Positions 29,332 to 37,168 of a stretch of DNA of 59,176 bases are shown here, one piece after another. A program made the translations under genes and the position numbers. Location: assembly GCA_003213455.1 (NCBI GenBank), contig QCMX01000002.1:1-59176 (forward strand), in the 5' to 3' direction. The stretch comes from SAR86 cluster bacterium AG-422-P06 (GTDB lineage: Bacteria; Pseudomonadota; Gammaproteobacteria; Magnimaribacterales; TMED112). Under the pieces are notes generated by a model. The model saw only the letters and a program-made list of their open reading frames with translations. It did not search any database and had not been told where the DNA came from. Every line of letters begins with the position of its first letter. Positions within the stretch are counted from its first letter, which is position 1.

Positions 29332-29751
29332 CTATTTCTTAATTTTCTTAACGTATAAAACTATACTTTGATCTAATAGCTCATAACCGTGTTTAGATGC
29401 TATTTCTCTTTGTTTGTTCTTAATCTCTTCATCATAAAACTCTGTTGTCTCACCAGTATCTACACAAACCATATGATCATGATTTAATGGATCATTTAAC
29501 TCATAAACAGATTTATTTGATTCAAATTGATGTTTTACTACAATCCGAGCATTCTCAAACTGAGTTAGAACTCTATAAACTGTTGCAAGGCCTACATCAT
29601 AATTATTTAAAACTAACTCTTTATAGATTTCTTCAGCAGTAAAATGATCCTCAGTACCTGATGTTCTTTGAAGTATTTCAAGAATCTTAATTCTAGGCAA
29701 AGTTGCTTTAAGGCCTGCTTCTTTTAAATTTGTATTGGTTTTATCACTCAT
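29332..29751 (-). CDS. fur: Ferric uptake regulator
   Basis: LKEAGLKATLPRIKIL, TVYRVL and HDHMVC motifs. 139 aa. Divergent from bamE, as in the omlA-fur pair of Pseudomonas. Confidence 0.87.
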   Translation of the reverse strand: MSDKTNTNLKEAGLKATLPRIKILEILQRTSGTEDHFTAEEIYKELVLNNYDVGLATVYRVLTQFENARIVVKHQFESNKSVYELNDPLNHDHMVCVDTGETTEFYDEEIKNKQREIASKHGYELLDQSIVLYVKKIKK

Positions 29752-29770
29752 AACATTTATTCTATCTCAA

Positions 29771-30082
29771 ATGAAAAAATTACTGATCATTATTATATCT
29801 CTATTAATATTTTCTTGCTCGAATACGAGCTTATATAAAGTAACAATTACACAAGGGACAGTTTTCACCCAAGATGATCTTGATAAGCTTGAGATAGGAA
29901 TGACAAAAGACCAAGTAAATTTTGTGATGGGCCAACCATCATTTGAGAATTTTTTTGAAAAAAATGTTTGGAACTACATCTATAAAATTACTACAGGCGA
30001 CGAAGTAGATGTTGAGAAGAAAGTAAAATTAATTTTCGACAATCAAAATTTACTTAGTGAAGTTGTAGTTATAAAAATCTAG
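29771..30082 (+). CDS. bamE: Outer membrane lipoprotein BamE (OmlA/SmpA)
   Basis: Start set at ATG 29771. Lipoprotein signal MKKLLIIIISLLIFSC, then the IQGN-like ITQGT and the GMTKDQVNFVMGQP motif. Confidence 0.75.
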   Translation: MKKLLIIIISLLIFSCSNTSLYKVTITQGTVFTQDDLDKLEIGMTKDQVNFVMGQPSFENFFEKNVWNYIYKITTGDEVDVEKKVKLIFDNQNLLSEVVVIKI

Positions 30083-30083
30083 T

Positions 30084-31448
30084 TTAGAAAAATCTGATAC
30101 CGAACAGAATCTGCAAATTCCCAAGAGTCCATATAACCATGAGGAAGATAGGGCTTACCCATTTAAGAATGAAAACCCATAAGTTCATTAGAAACTTATT
30201 GTGAATACCCATAATATCTGCATCAATAACTTTTTCTAATCTCCACCCAACAAAGATTGACATGCCTGTGCCGACTAGAAGTAATAAAAAGTCATCAGCA
30301 AAATATTTCATTGCTTCAAATGGATTGTCTAAGGCTCCAACAGATAGAGTATTCCAAACATTATGTCCTGCAACACTTACAAGAGAGAGTAAAAAGCAAA
30401 AAGCAACAACGTAGGAAGTTGCTTTCATTCTTGTCATTGAATGTTTTTGAGATAAGAATGCAACACTTGGCTCAAGAATAGAAATCATAGAACTAAAGGC
30501 TGCTACTGCTAGCAAGAAGAAGAATAGTGGTCCAATAAACTGGCCAGCTGCTCCTAATTGAGCAAAGACTTCAGTCATGGTTACAAAAACTAAAGTATCT
30601 CCAGCATTTGGTGAGAAACCCAAACCTAATGCAAGTGGGAATATTGCCAGTCCTGCAAGTAATGCTACACCTGTATCAGCTGTAACAACTACTGCTGAGG
30701 CTTTTGAAACTTTTTGATTCGATGGCATATATGAACCAAAAGCCATCAAAGTTCCCATACCTATACTCATAGAAAAGAATGCCTGTCCTATAGCTGCTTG
30801 TATTGTTCCTGCTGAAAAATCTTCAGCTTTCCATGAGAATAAATAATCTAATCCTTTTGCAAAGTCACCAGCTACTGCTCCATAGCCTACCATCGCTATA
30901 ACTAAAACAAATAGCATTGGAAGCAAGAATCGCATAGCTTTGTCAATACCTTTATCTATACCGTTTGCTACAACAAAACCCGATGAAAACAGAAATAGTG
31001 AAAACCAGAAAGTCATTTCCCAGAAGTTAGCTTTCTCGGCTTCATAAACTGCTGCTGCAGCACCAGCTTCAACTCCTGAAGCTGATATAAAACCATAGTT
31101 AATTACAAAGCCTGCAATAACTGCATAGTACCCAGCAATAATTAAACTTGCCAAGATACCGCCATAGCCTACAATGCTCCATCTTGATGAAGACTTAGAG
31201 GACTTAGCTAATGTTTCTATTGATGTTACAGGATTGCTCTTTCCCTTTTTTCCAATAAATACTTCTGCCATGAATACAGGCAGACCTAGTGTAATTACAA
31301 AGAAAATATAAAGAAGAACAAATAACCCTCCGCCATTTTCTCCTGCTTTATATGGAAAACCCCAAATATTACCTAGACCTACAGCAGAACCTGTTGCTGC
31401 CAACAAGAAGGCTGTATTGTTGTTCCATTGACTAGATTGTGATGCCAT
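30084..31448 (-). CDS. Sodium-dependent transporter, neurotransmitter:sodium symporter (SNF/NSS) family
   Basis: N-terminal signature LAATGSAVGLGNIWGFPY. About 12 predicted TM segments. 454 aa. Confidence 0.87.
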   Translation of the reverse strand: MASQSSQWNNNTAFLLAATGSAVGLGNIWGFPYKAGENGGGLFVLLYIFFVITLGLPVFMAEVFIGKKGKSNPVTSIETLAKSSKSSSRWSIVGYGGILASLIIAGYYAVIAGFVINYGFISASGVEAGAAAAVYEAEKANFWEMTFWFSLFLFSSGFVVANGIDKGIDKAMRFLLPMLFVLVIAMVGYGAVAGDFAKGLDYLFSWKAEDFSAGTIQAAIGQAFFSMSIGMGTLMAFGSYMPSNQKVSKASAVVVTADTGVALLAGLAIFPLALGLGFSPNAGDTLVFVTMTEVFAQLGAAGQFIGPLFFFLLAVAAFSSMISILEPSVAFLSQKHSMTRMKATSYVVAFCFLLSLVSVAGHNVWNTLSVGALDNPFEAMKYFADDFLLLLVGTGMSIFVGWRLEKVIDADIMGIHNKFLMNLWVFILKWVSPIFLMVIWTLGNLQILFGIRFF

Positions 31449-31456
31449 AGTTTTTT

Positions 31457-31897
31457 TTATTGGTTAGTAAATATAAACCCAATCATAAGTAAATGGCAAA
31501 TCCTGACTGAAAAAGTTAGACGGAATCTTATTTCTTTGTACCACTCTAGATTTTTAATTAATTTTCTCTCTGAAAAATAAATGTATTCATAGATGAGAAG
31601 AAGAATAAAAAGACAGAGAATTGAATAGTTTTCAGAAGAGAATGTCATGAAAATTGATAAAAGAAAAACTGAAGAAAAAATAATTATTGAGCTTAGAATT
31701 GATTGATTTAACTTGATCGATAAGCCCCATAATGTGCCTGCCATAAATGTTGCCATCATTGTTGACCATATAAAAAAAAGCAGAATCAAATAATATTCGA
31801 ATGCTATTTCTGGTGATATCCAAGATATTATAGGAATAAATATGAGGGGCATAAGCCCCGAATAACAAAATATTTTTACCTGATCTTGTAGAATCAT
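31457..31897 (-). CDS. Small integral membrane protein (DUF3429-like?)
   Basis: Start moved to ATG 31897 (MILQDQ...), because the longer track ORF runs antisense through smpB. Hydrophobic multi-TM protein with Y.GL.P and F.AG.LWG motifs, reminiscent of DUF3429. Confidence 0.45.
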   Translation of the reverse strand: MILQDQVKIFCYSGLMPLIFIPIISWISPEIAFEYYLILLFFIWSTMMATFMAGTLWGLSIKLNQSILSSIIIFSSVFLLSIFMTFSSENYSILCLFILLLIYEYIYFSERKLIKNLEWYKEIRFRLTFSVRICHLLMIGFIFTNQ

Positions 31898-31901
31898 ATC
31901 T

Positions 31902-32357
31902 ATGAATAATAAAACTGTAGCAACAAATAAGAAAGCCAGATTTAATTTTTTTCTGGAAGAAAGCTTTGTGGCTGGTTTGTTATTGGAAGGATGGGAAGTA
32001 AAGTCACTTAGAGAAGGTAAACTCAATATTAAAGAAGCATATATAAAAGATATTAAAGGAGAGCTCTTTCTAGTTGGAGCAAGAATAGATCCAGCAAGCT
32101 TCATCAATCAGAAAGATCAGACAGAGCCTGGTCGTTTTAGAAAACTACTATTGAACAAAAAAGAGGTAGAAAAAATTCTTTTTGCGATTTCTGCTAAAGG
32201 CCAAACATGTGTACCGGTAAAGCTATTTTGGAAAGGACATCTTGCAAAATTAGAGATAGCATTAGCAAAAGGCAAAAAAAGTGTTGATAAGAAGCAAACT
32301 AAAAAGATTGCTGACATAGAAAGAGATCAAGAAAGAGCTTTAAAAAACTATAAATAA
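31902..32357 (+). CDS. smpB: SsrA-binding protein SmpB
   Basis: NKKARFNFF, GWEVKSLR and a basic C-terminal tail. 151 aa. Directly upstream of tmRNA. Confidence 0.92.
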   Translation: MNNKTVATNKKARFNFFLEESFVAGLLLEGWEVKSLREGKLNIKEAYIKDIKGELFLVGARIDPASFINQKDQTEPGRFRKLLLNKKEVEKILFAISAKGQTCVPVKLFWKGHLAKLEIALAKGKKSVDKKQTKKIADIERDQERALKNYK

Positions 32358-32376
32358 GCTTTATTATTGCCCGTTC

Positions 32377-32722
32377 GGGGGCGTATTTGGCTTTGACGTC
32401 TGACGCAGAACCCAACGCGCATATCGAGCATAAACATAACTCGAAAAAATTTGTTTAAAAATTTAGTTGCAGATAACTACAACTATAGATTGGCAGCTTA
32501 ATGCCAACCTGCTATCATTTGTGACCTACAACGTTTGATAGTAGTCATTTTGTAGGAGTAGCTTTATAGCTTGTCCAACTATAAGGTGAAATTATTGGAC
32601 TATGCTTAGTATGTCTTGATCATCAGGCTATACTAAAGATGAAATTAATTGATGAATCTATATATGTAGAAGCTAGGGGAAAGTGATGACGGACGTGGGT
32701 TCGAATCCCGCCGCCTCCACCA
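32377..32722 (+). ncRNA. ssrA: tmRNA (SsrA), one-piece, 346 nt
   Basis: The 5' GGGGGCG pairs with the 3' CGCCTCC, including a G3:U wobble, followed by ACCA. T-arm GUGGG-UUCGAAU-CCCGC. The internal tag ORF is preceded by UAGUU, as in the E. coli UAGUC-GCA. Confidence 0.92.
32469..32501 (+). other. tmRNA tag reading frame encoding ADNYNYRLAA plus stop
   Basis: gca gat aac tac aac tat aga ttg gca gct taa. The resume codon is GCA. The C-terminal LAA is typical of ClpXP degrons. Confidence 0.75.
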
Positions 32723-32740
32723 AGCAAAAGGAAAATATTA

Positions 32741-32998
32741 ATGGCAAATTCAAAATCGGCTGACAAAAGAGCCAGACAAAATAAAAAAAGGTATGAGCTT
32801 AAGCATGCCCAGAGATCTATGGTTAGAACAGCAGTAAAAGCTACAGTTAAAGCAGTTGAAGAAAAAGATAAAAAAGCTTCTGAAGTTTTAAAAACTGCAC
32901 AATCAACTGTCGACAAGATGGCAAGCAAAGGTGTCATACACAAAAATAAAGCTGCTAGATTAAAAAGCAGAATGAATAAACAAGTTAAATCTGTTTAA
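32741..32998 (+). CDS. rpsT: 30S ribosomal protein bS20
   Basis: MANSKSADKRARQNKKR... 85 aa, basic and helical. Confidence 0.92.
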   Translation: MANSKSADKRARQNKKRYELKHAQRSMVRTAVKATVKAVEEKDKKASEVLKTAQSTVDKMASKGVIHKNKAARLKSRMNKQVKSV

Positions 32999-33974
32999 AT
33001 AGCTCTTCAGTAAGAATATCTAAACCATTTTTTGTGATTGAAGATATAGGGTATATAGCAGTTTTTGGGAACTTGCTTTGAAACTTATTAATTAAATCTG
33101 ATAAGTCTTCATCTTTAATTAAATCTGTTTTAGTTATACATATCCACCTCTGCTGATCAGAAAAATCTAAGTGAAAATCTTCAAGTTCTTTTTCAATTAC
33201 ATTAAAAGACTCTAATGCTTTATCAGCATCCTGAGTCCCATCAACAAGATGTAATAAAAATTTTGTTCTATATGCATGTTTTAGAAACTTAGTACCAAGA
33301 CCCAAACCTTGTGATGCTCCTTCAATAATTCCTGGCAAATCAGCAATTGTAATTTTTTGGATCGCATTCTCCATAACGCCAAGTTCAGGATCTAAGGTTG
33401 TAAAAGCATAAGCTCCTATTTTTGATTTTGAGTTTGTAATGCTGCTTATTAATGTAGATTTACCTGCATTTGGTAGCCCTAGAAGGCCAACATCAGCAAT
33501 CAATCGTAGTTCTAGCATTATTTCCCTAGTATCAGATTCCTCTCCATTGGTAGTCTTTCTTGGAGCCTGATTTGTAGATGATTTAAATCTTGCGTTTCCT
33601 AGCCCTCCCTTTCCTCCTTTAGCTATTGTTATATTTTGAGTCTCAAGATTTATTTCTCCGACATATTCACCGGTTTCTAAAGCGTGTATTAATGTTCCAT
33701 TCGGTACTGGAATAACTAGATCATCCCCTGATTCTCCTCTCATATTTTTACCACTACCTGAATTTCCTGATTTTGCAGCAAATACTTTTTTCCCTTTTAA
33801 GTGATTTAATGAATTTAAGTTGGAATCTAAGCTAACAATGACATCGCCGCCATCTCCTCCATCGCCGCCATCAGGGCCACCACGAGGAATATATTTTTCA
33901 CGCCTAAAACTGAGGCAACCGTTGCCACCTTTTCCAGATATTGCTTGAATTCTGGCTTCATCAAAAAAAGCCAT
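32985..33974 (-). CDS. obg: GTPase Obg/CgtA (short, 329 aa)
   Basis: FFDEARI, Gly-rich Obg fold (GGPDGGDGGDGGDV), G1 GLPNAGKST and G3 DLPG motifs. rplU-rpmA-obg order. Confidence 0.92.
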   Translation of the reverse strand: MAFFDEARIQAISGKGGNGCLSFRREKYIPRGGPDGGDGGDGGDVIVSLDSNLNSLNHLKGKKVFAAKSGNSGSGKNMRGESGDDLVIPVPNGTLIHALETGEYVGEINLETQNITIAKGGKGGLGNARFKSSTNQAPRKTTNGEESDTREIMLELRLIADVGLLGLPNAGKSTLISSITNSKSKIGAYAFTTLDPELGVMENAIQKITIADLPGIIEGASQGLGLGTKFLKHAYRTKFLLHLVDGTQDADKALESFNVIEKELEDFHLDFSDQQRWICITKTDLIKDEDLSDLINKFQSKFPKTAIYPISSITKNGLDILTEELFKQI

Positions 33975-33979
33975 GGTTA

Positions 33980-34240
33980 TTATTTGGAGGGGTTAATATT
34001 TACGAATTTTCTTTTGTTTTCGCCTTTGATTTTAAATTCTACTTCGCCTGTTTTGAGAGCAAACAAAGTGTCATCTCTCCCTTTGCCTACATTTAGGCCT
34101 GCATGGAATTTAGTTCCTCTTTGCCTAACAAGAATCTCACCAGCATTTACTTGTTGGCCACCAAATCTTTTGACTCCTAAAAAATTAGGATTCGAATCTC
34201 TACCGTTTTTACTTGAGCCACCAGCTTTCTTATGCGCCAT
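33980..34240 (-). CDS. rpmA: 50S ribosomal protein bL27
   Basis: [24 protein letters not shown]... Confidence 0.95.
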   Translation of the reverse strand: MAHKKAGGSSKNGRDSNPNFLGVKRFGGQQVNAGEILVRQRGTKFHAGLNVGKGRDDTLFALKTGEVEFKIKGENKRKFVNINPSK

Positions 34241-34550
34241 TCTTTATCTCTTCTATGTTAATTGTTGTTACTTTTCTTCTGTGTCCAACGATTCTTTTAG
34301 AATCTTTCCTTCTTCTAAATTGTATCGCATAAACTTTATCTTTCTTATCTTGGCTAACTACTTTGCCAGATACAAATGCTTTTGCAATGTGTGGTTGTCC
34401 AACTAATGGTTTTTTTCCATCGGATAAAAGCAATACCTTGTCAAATTTGACCTTATCGCCTTTTTTTGCGTCAGCCATGTAATCAACTTCAATTACTGTG
34501 CCAACTTCAACCTTTTCTTGTTGATTGCCTGTGTCTATAATTGCGTACAT
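34230..34550 (-). CDS. rplU: 50S ribosomal protein bL21
   Basis: [14 protein letters not shown]... 106 aa, upstream of rpmA. Confidence 0.95.
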   Translation of the reverse strand: MYAIIDTGNQQEKVEVGTVIEVDYMADAKKGDKVKFDKVLLLSDGKKPLVGQPHIAKAFVSGKVVSQDKKDKVYAIQFRRRKDSKRIVGHRRKVTTINIEEIKNGA

Positions 34551-34566
34551 TTCTTAAAATATAAAT

Positions 34567-35514
34567 ATGTCTAATATTGAGGAACAAAATTTAACTGAAT
34601 TTTTGCTGGAAGTAAAGGCGAAAATGGCTAATATCACATTATCTGAAAATGAAGCAATAAATGAAATTACTTCTTATGTTCTCACCAATACAGGAAAATT
34701 CATAAGATCTAAAATTATTTTTCTTTATGGTGATGAAATAGGCGTAAAAAAATCTAAATTAATTGAACTTGCATCAGCAGCAGAATTAATACATTTATCT
34801 ACCTTAATTCATGACGACATTATTGATGAAGCAGATATTAGGCGTAATAAGCCAACAGTGGTAAACAAATGGGGTATTAAAAAAGCGATACTCTATGGCG
34901 ATTTTTTATATACCAAGACATTTCAAGCGCTTAATTCGCTAGAAAACATTGCTATATCAGATGAGCTTATAAAATGTGCTGAAATGCTTATAGATGGTGA
35001 GTTTAATCAAATAAGAATTAAAAATAATAATACAATTTCTTTAGAGCAATATTATGATGTGATTGAAAAGAAGACTGCAGTTTTATTCTCTGGAATTCTA
35101 AAATGCATTGGAATTGAAATGAAATTATCCGAAAATGATTTAGAACAGTTAAAACAACTGGGCCTTTCTTTTGGGAAAGCATTCCAGATAAATGATGATC
35201 TCAGTGATTTCAATAAATCTGAGATTACTGGAAAGGCTGAATTCAAAGATCTAAGTGAAGGAAAGCTAACTCTTCCTGTTATCCTGATGTTAGAAGATTT
35301 AAATCCAAACCAACAAGACCAAATCTTGGAATTAATTCATTCTGGAGAATATGTTGCTGTAAAAGAACATATCGATAACTCAAATTCCTTTGAAAAAGCT
35401 CGTATAGAGAGAGATAAAGCTATTAGCAATTGCATTGAATACACTGAAAGATTTATTAAACTAGATAGGTTAGATAATTTAAGGATATTTTTAAAAGAGA
35501 CTTTAGTAGCATGA
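34567..35514 (+). CDS. ispB: Polyprenyl (octaprenyl-type) diphosphate synthase
   Basis: The two Asp-rich motifs LIHDDIIDEADIRRNK and QINDDLSDF. Divergent from rplU, as in E. coli. Confidence 0.82.
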   Translation: MSNIEEQNLTEFLLEVKAKMANITLSENEAINEITSYVLTNTGKFIRSKIIFLYGDEIGVKKSKLIELASAAELIHLSTLIHDDIIDEADIRRNKPTVVNKWGIKKAILYGDFLYTKTFQALNSLENIAISDELIKCAEMLIDGEFNQIRIKNNNTISLEQYYDVIEKKTAVLFSGILKCIGIEMKLSENDLEQLKQLGLSFGKAFQINDDLSDFNKSEITGKAEFKDLSEGKLTLPVILMLEDLNPNQQDQILELIHSGEYVAVKEHIDNSNSFEKARIERDKAISNCIEYTERFIKLDRLDNLRIFLKETLVA

Positions 35515-36710
35515 ATAGAGTAGTAATAAGTGGAGTTGGTGTTATCTCATGCTTAGGCAATGATAGGAAAGAGGTTCTAACTTCTCTTAAAACCAGTAAA
35601 TCCGGCCTCTCCAAAAATCAGGACTACATTGATAATGGCATGAGATGTCATGTATCAGGCCAAGTGGATCCAGATTTAACAACAATTGATAGAAAAATGC
35701 TTCGTTTCATGAGTGAAACTTCTGCTTATGCTTTTTTATCGACAAAAGAGGCTATTGAAGACTCTGGCTTAAGCCCGGAAGAAATAAGCAATAACGATGT
35801 AGGTGTAATTGTTGGCTCAGGGACAGGATCAAGTAGAGAGTTAAAGAATGTTGTTGATACGGCAAGAGAAAAAGGCATTAAACGTGTTGGTCCTTATGCT
35901 GTAACTAGAACAATGGGAAATACTACATCAGCAGCTATATCTACTTTTTTTCAAACTAAAGGAGTCTCATTCTCAATAGCGTCTGCTTGCTCGACAAGCT
36001 TACATTGCATTTCTTATGGTTACGATCTAATCAAAAGTGGTAGACAAAAAATTGTTATTGCTGGTGGATCTGAAGACGATCACTGGACAGGAGCAATGAT
36101 GTTCGATGCTATGGGAGCTTTAAGCACTAAGAACAATGAAAACCCGACAGGATCTTCAAAGCCTTATGACTTAAATAGGGATGGGTTTATTCCTTCTGGA
36201 GGGGGTGGAATTGTAATCCTCGAGGAATATGAATCAGCCAAGAAAAGAGGAGCACATATTTATGGAGAAGTAGTCTCATGTTTTGAAACATCTGATGGAT
36301 ATTCATTAGTTAGCCCATCTGGAGAAGGTGCTAGCAGATGTATGCAAGGTTTAGATCATCTGGAAGAAGTTCAATATATAAACACTCATGGAACTGGCAC
36401 TCCTGCTGGAGACATAACTGAGCTTAATGCCATTAAAGAAGTTTTCAAAGAGAGCATACCTCCAATATCTTCTACAAAGTCTCTGACTGGTCATGCTTTA
36501 GGAGCTGCGGGTGTTCATGAAGTCATTTACTCGTTATTAATGATGGAGAATGAATTTCTTTGTGGAAGTCACAATATAACGAATCTTGACCCAGCTGCAG
36601 AGAATTTCCCAATCTTGAAAGAAAATATTAGTAAAAAAATAGATTGTTTTCTTTCTAATTCTTTTGGATTTGGCGGCACTAACGGATCAATAATTATAAG
36701 AAGAGTCTAG
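35511..36710 (+). CDS. fabB: 3-oxoacyl-ACP synthase I
   Basis: Collinear with E. coli FabB as I recall it: VVISGVGVIS.LGN, active-site ASACSTS, HGTGTP, TKSLTGHALGAAG and NSFGFGGTN. Confidence 0.8.
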   Translation: MNRVVISGVGVISCLGNDRKEVLTSLKTSKSGLSKNQDYIDNGMRCHVSGQVDPDLTTIDRKMLRFMSETSAYAFLSTKEAIEDSGLSPEEISNNDVGVIVGSGTGSSRELKNVVDTAREKGIKRVGPYAVTRTMGNTTSAAISTFFQTKGVSFSIASACSTSLHCISYGYDLIKSGRQKIVIAGGSEDDHWTGAMMFDAMGALSTKNNENPTGSSKPYDLNRDGFIPSGGGGIVILEEYESAKKRGAHIYGEVVSCFETSDGYSLVSPSGEGASRCMQGLDHLEEVQYINTHGTGTPAGDITELNAIKEVFKESIPPISSTKSLTGHALGAAGVHEVIYSLLMMENEFLCGSHNITNLDPAAENFPILKENISKKIDCFLSNSFGFGGTNGSIIIRRV

Positions 36711-37126
36711 AAAGGAATATCTTCTTCAAATTTATCATTATCTTGTTTCGGTGCAGAACTGCTAGCTTGAGAACTTGCATCAGAATCACCTCTTGAATCA
36801 AGCATTGTCATTTCTCTAGCTATTACTTCTGTTGTATATCTTTTTTTGCCCTCAGAGTCTTCCCAATCACGTGTTTGCAATTTGCCCTCTACAAAAATCT
36901 TTGACCCTTTTTTAAGATATTGTTCTGCAATCTCAGCAAGCCTTCCAAAAATTACGACTCTATGCCACTCAACCTGCTCTTTTTGCTCTCCAGATGTTTT
37001 ATCTTTCCATCTTTCTGATGTAGCAATTGAAAGATTAGCAACAGGGCTTCCAGCCTGAGTATATTTAATATCAGGGTCCGCTCCTAGATTTCCAATAATT
37101 AGTACTTTATTTAAGCCGTTTGACAT
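36707..37126 (-). CDS. ssb: Single-stranded DNA-binding protein
   Basis: LNKVLIIGNLGADP OB fold and an acidic tail ending DIPF. Divergent from uvrA. Confidence 0.92.
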   Translation of the reverse strand: MSNGLNKVLIIGNLGADPDIKYTQAGSPVANLSIATSERWKDKTSGEQKEQVEWHRVVIFGRLAEIAEQYLKKGSKIFVEGKLQTRDWEDSEGKKRYTTEVIAREMTMLDSRGDSDASSQASSSAPKQDNDKFEEDIPF

Positions 37127-37168
37127 ATATATATTCTATAATACTTTTTTCCATTTCATGTTATCAAT

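Noticed and set aside
29783-29800. Fur-box-like AT-rich sequence (ctgatcattattatatct) just upstream of fur, inside the first codons of bamE.
   Set aside because: Only two adjacent hexamers approximate NATWAT (GATCAT TATTAT). In DNA this AT-rich, such a match is expected by chance. It is worth a matrix scan but cannot be supported by eye.
31898-32107. The N-terminal 70 residues of the track ORF 31457-32107, which would overlap smpB antisense by about 200 nt.
   Set aside because: That part is non-hydrophobic and Ser/Leu-rich, and lies opposite the conserved SmpB N-terminus. The internal ATG at 31897 begins the membrane-protein body and gives a clean 4-nt divergent junction.
32723-32740. A genomic island or integrase at the tmRNA 3' end, a classical integration hotspot.
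   Set aside because: Only 18 nt separate the CCA end from rpsT. There is no integrase, no direct repeat of the tmRNA 3' end and no foreign genes.
32623-32943. 106-aa minus-strand ORF spanning the tmRNA 3' end and rpsT.
   Set aside because: It overlaps a well-supported tmRNA (acceptor and T arms) and lies antisense to bS20. It has no conserved features.
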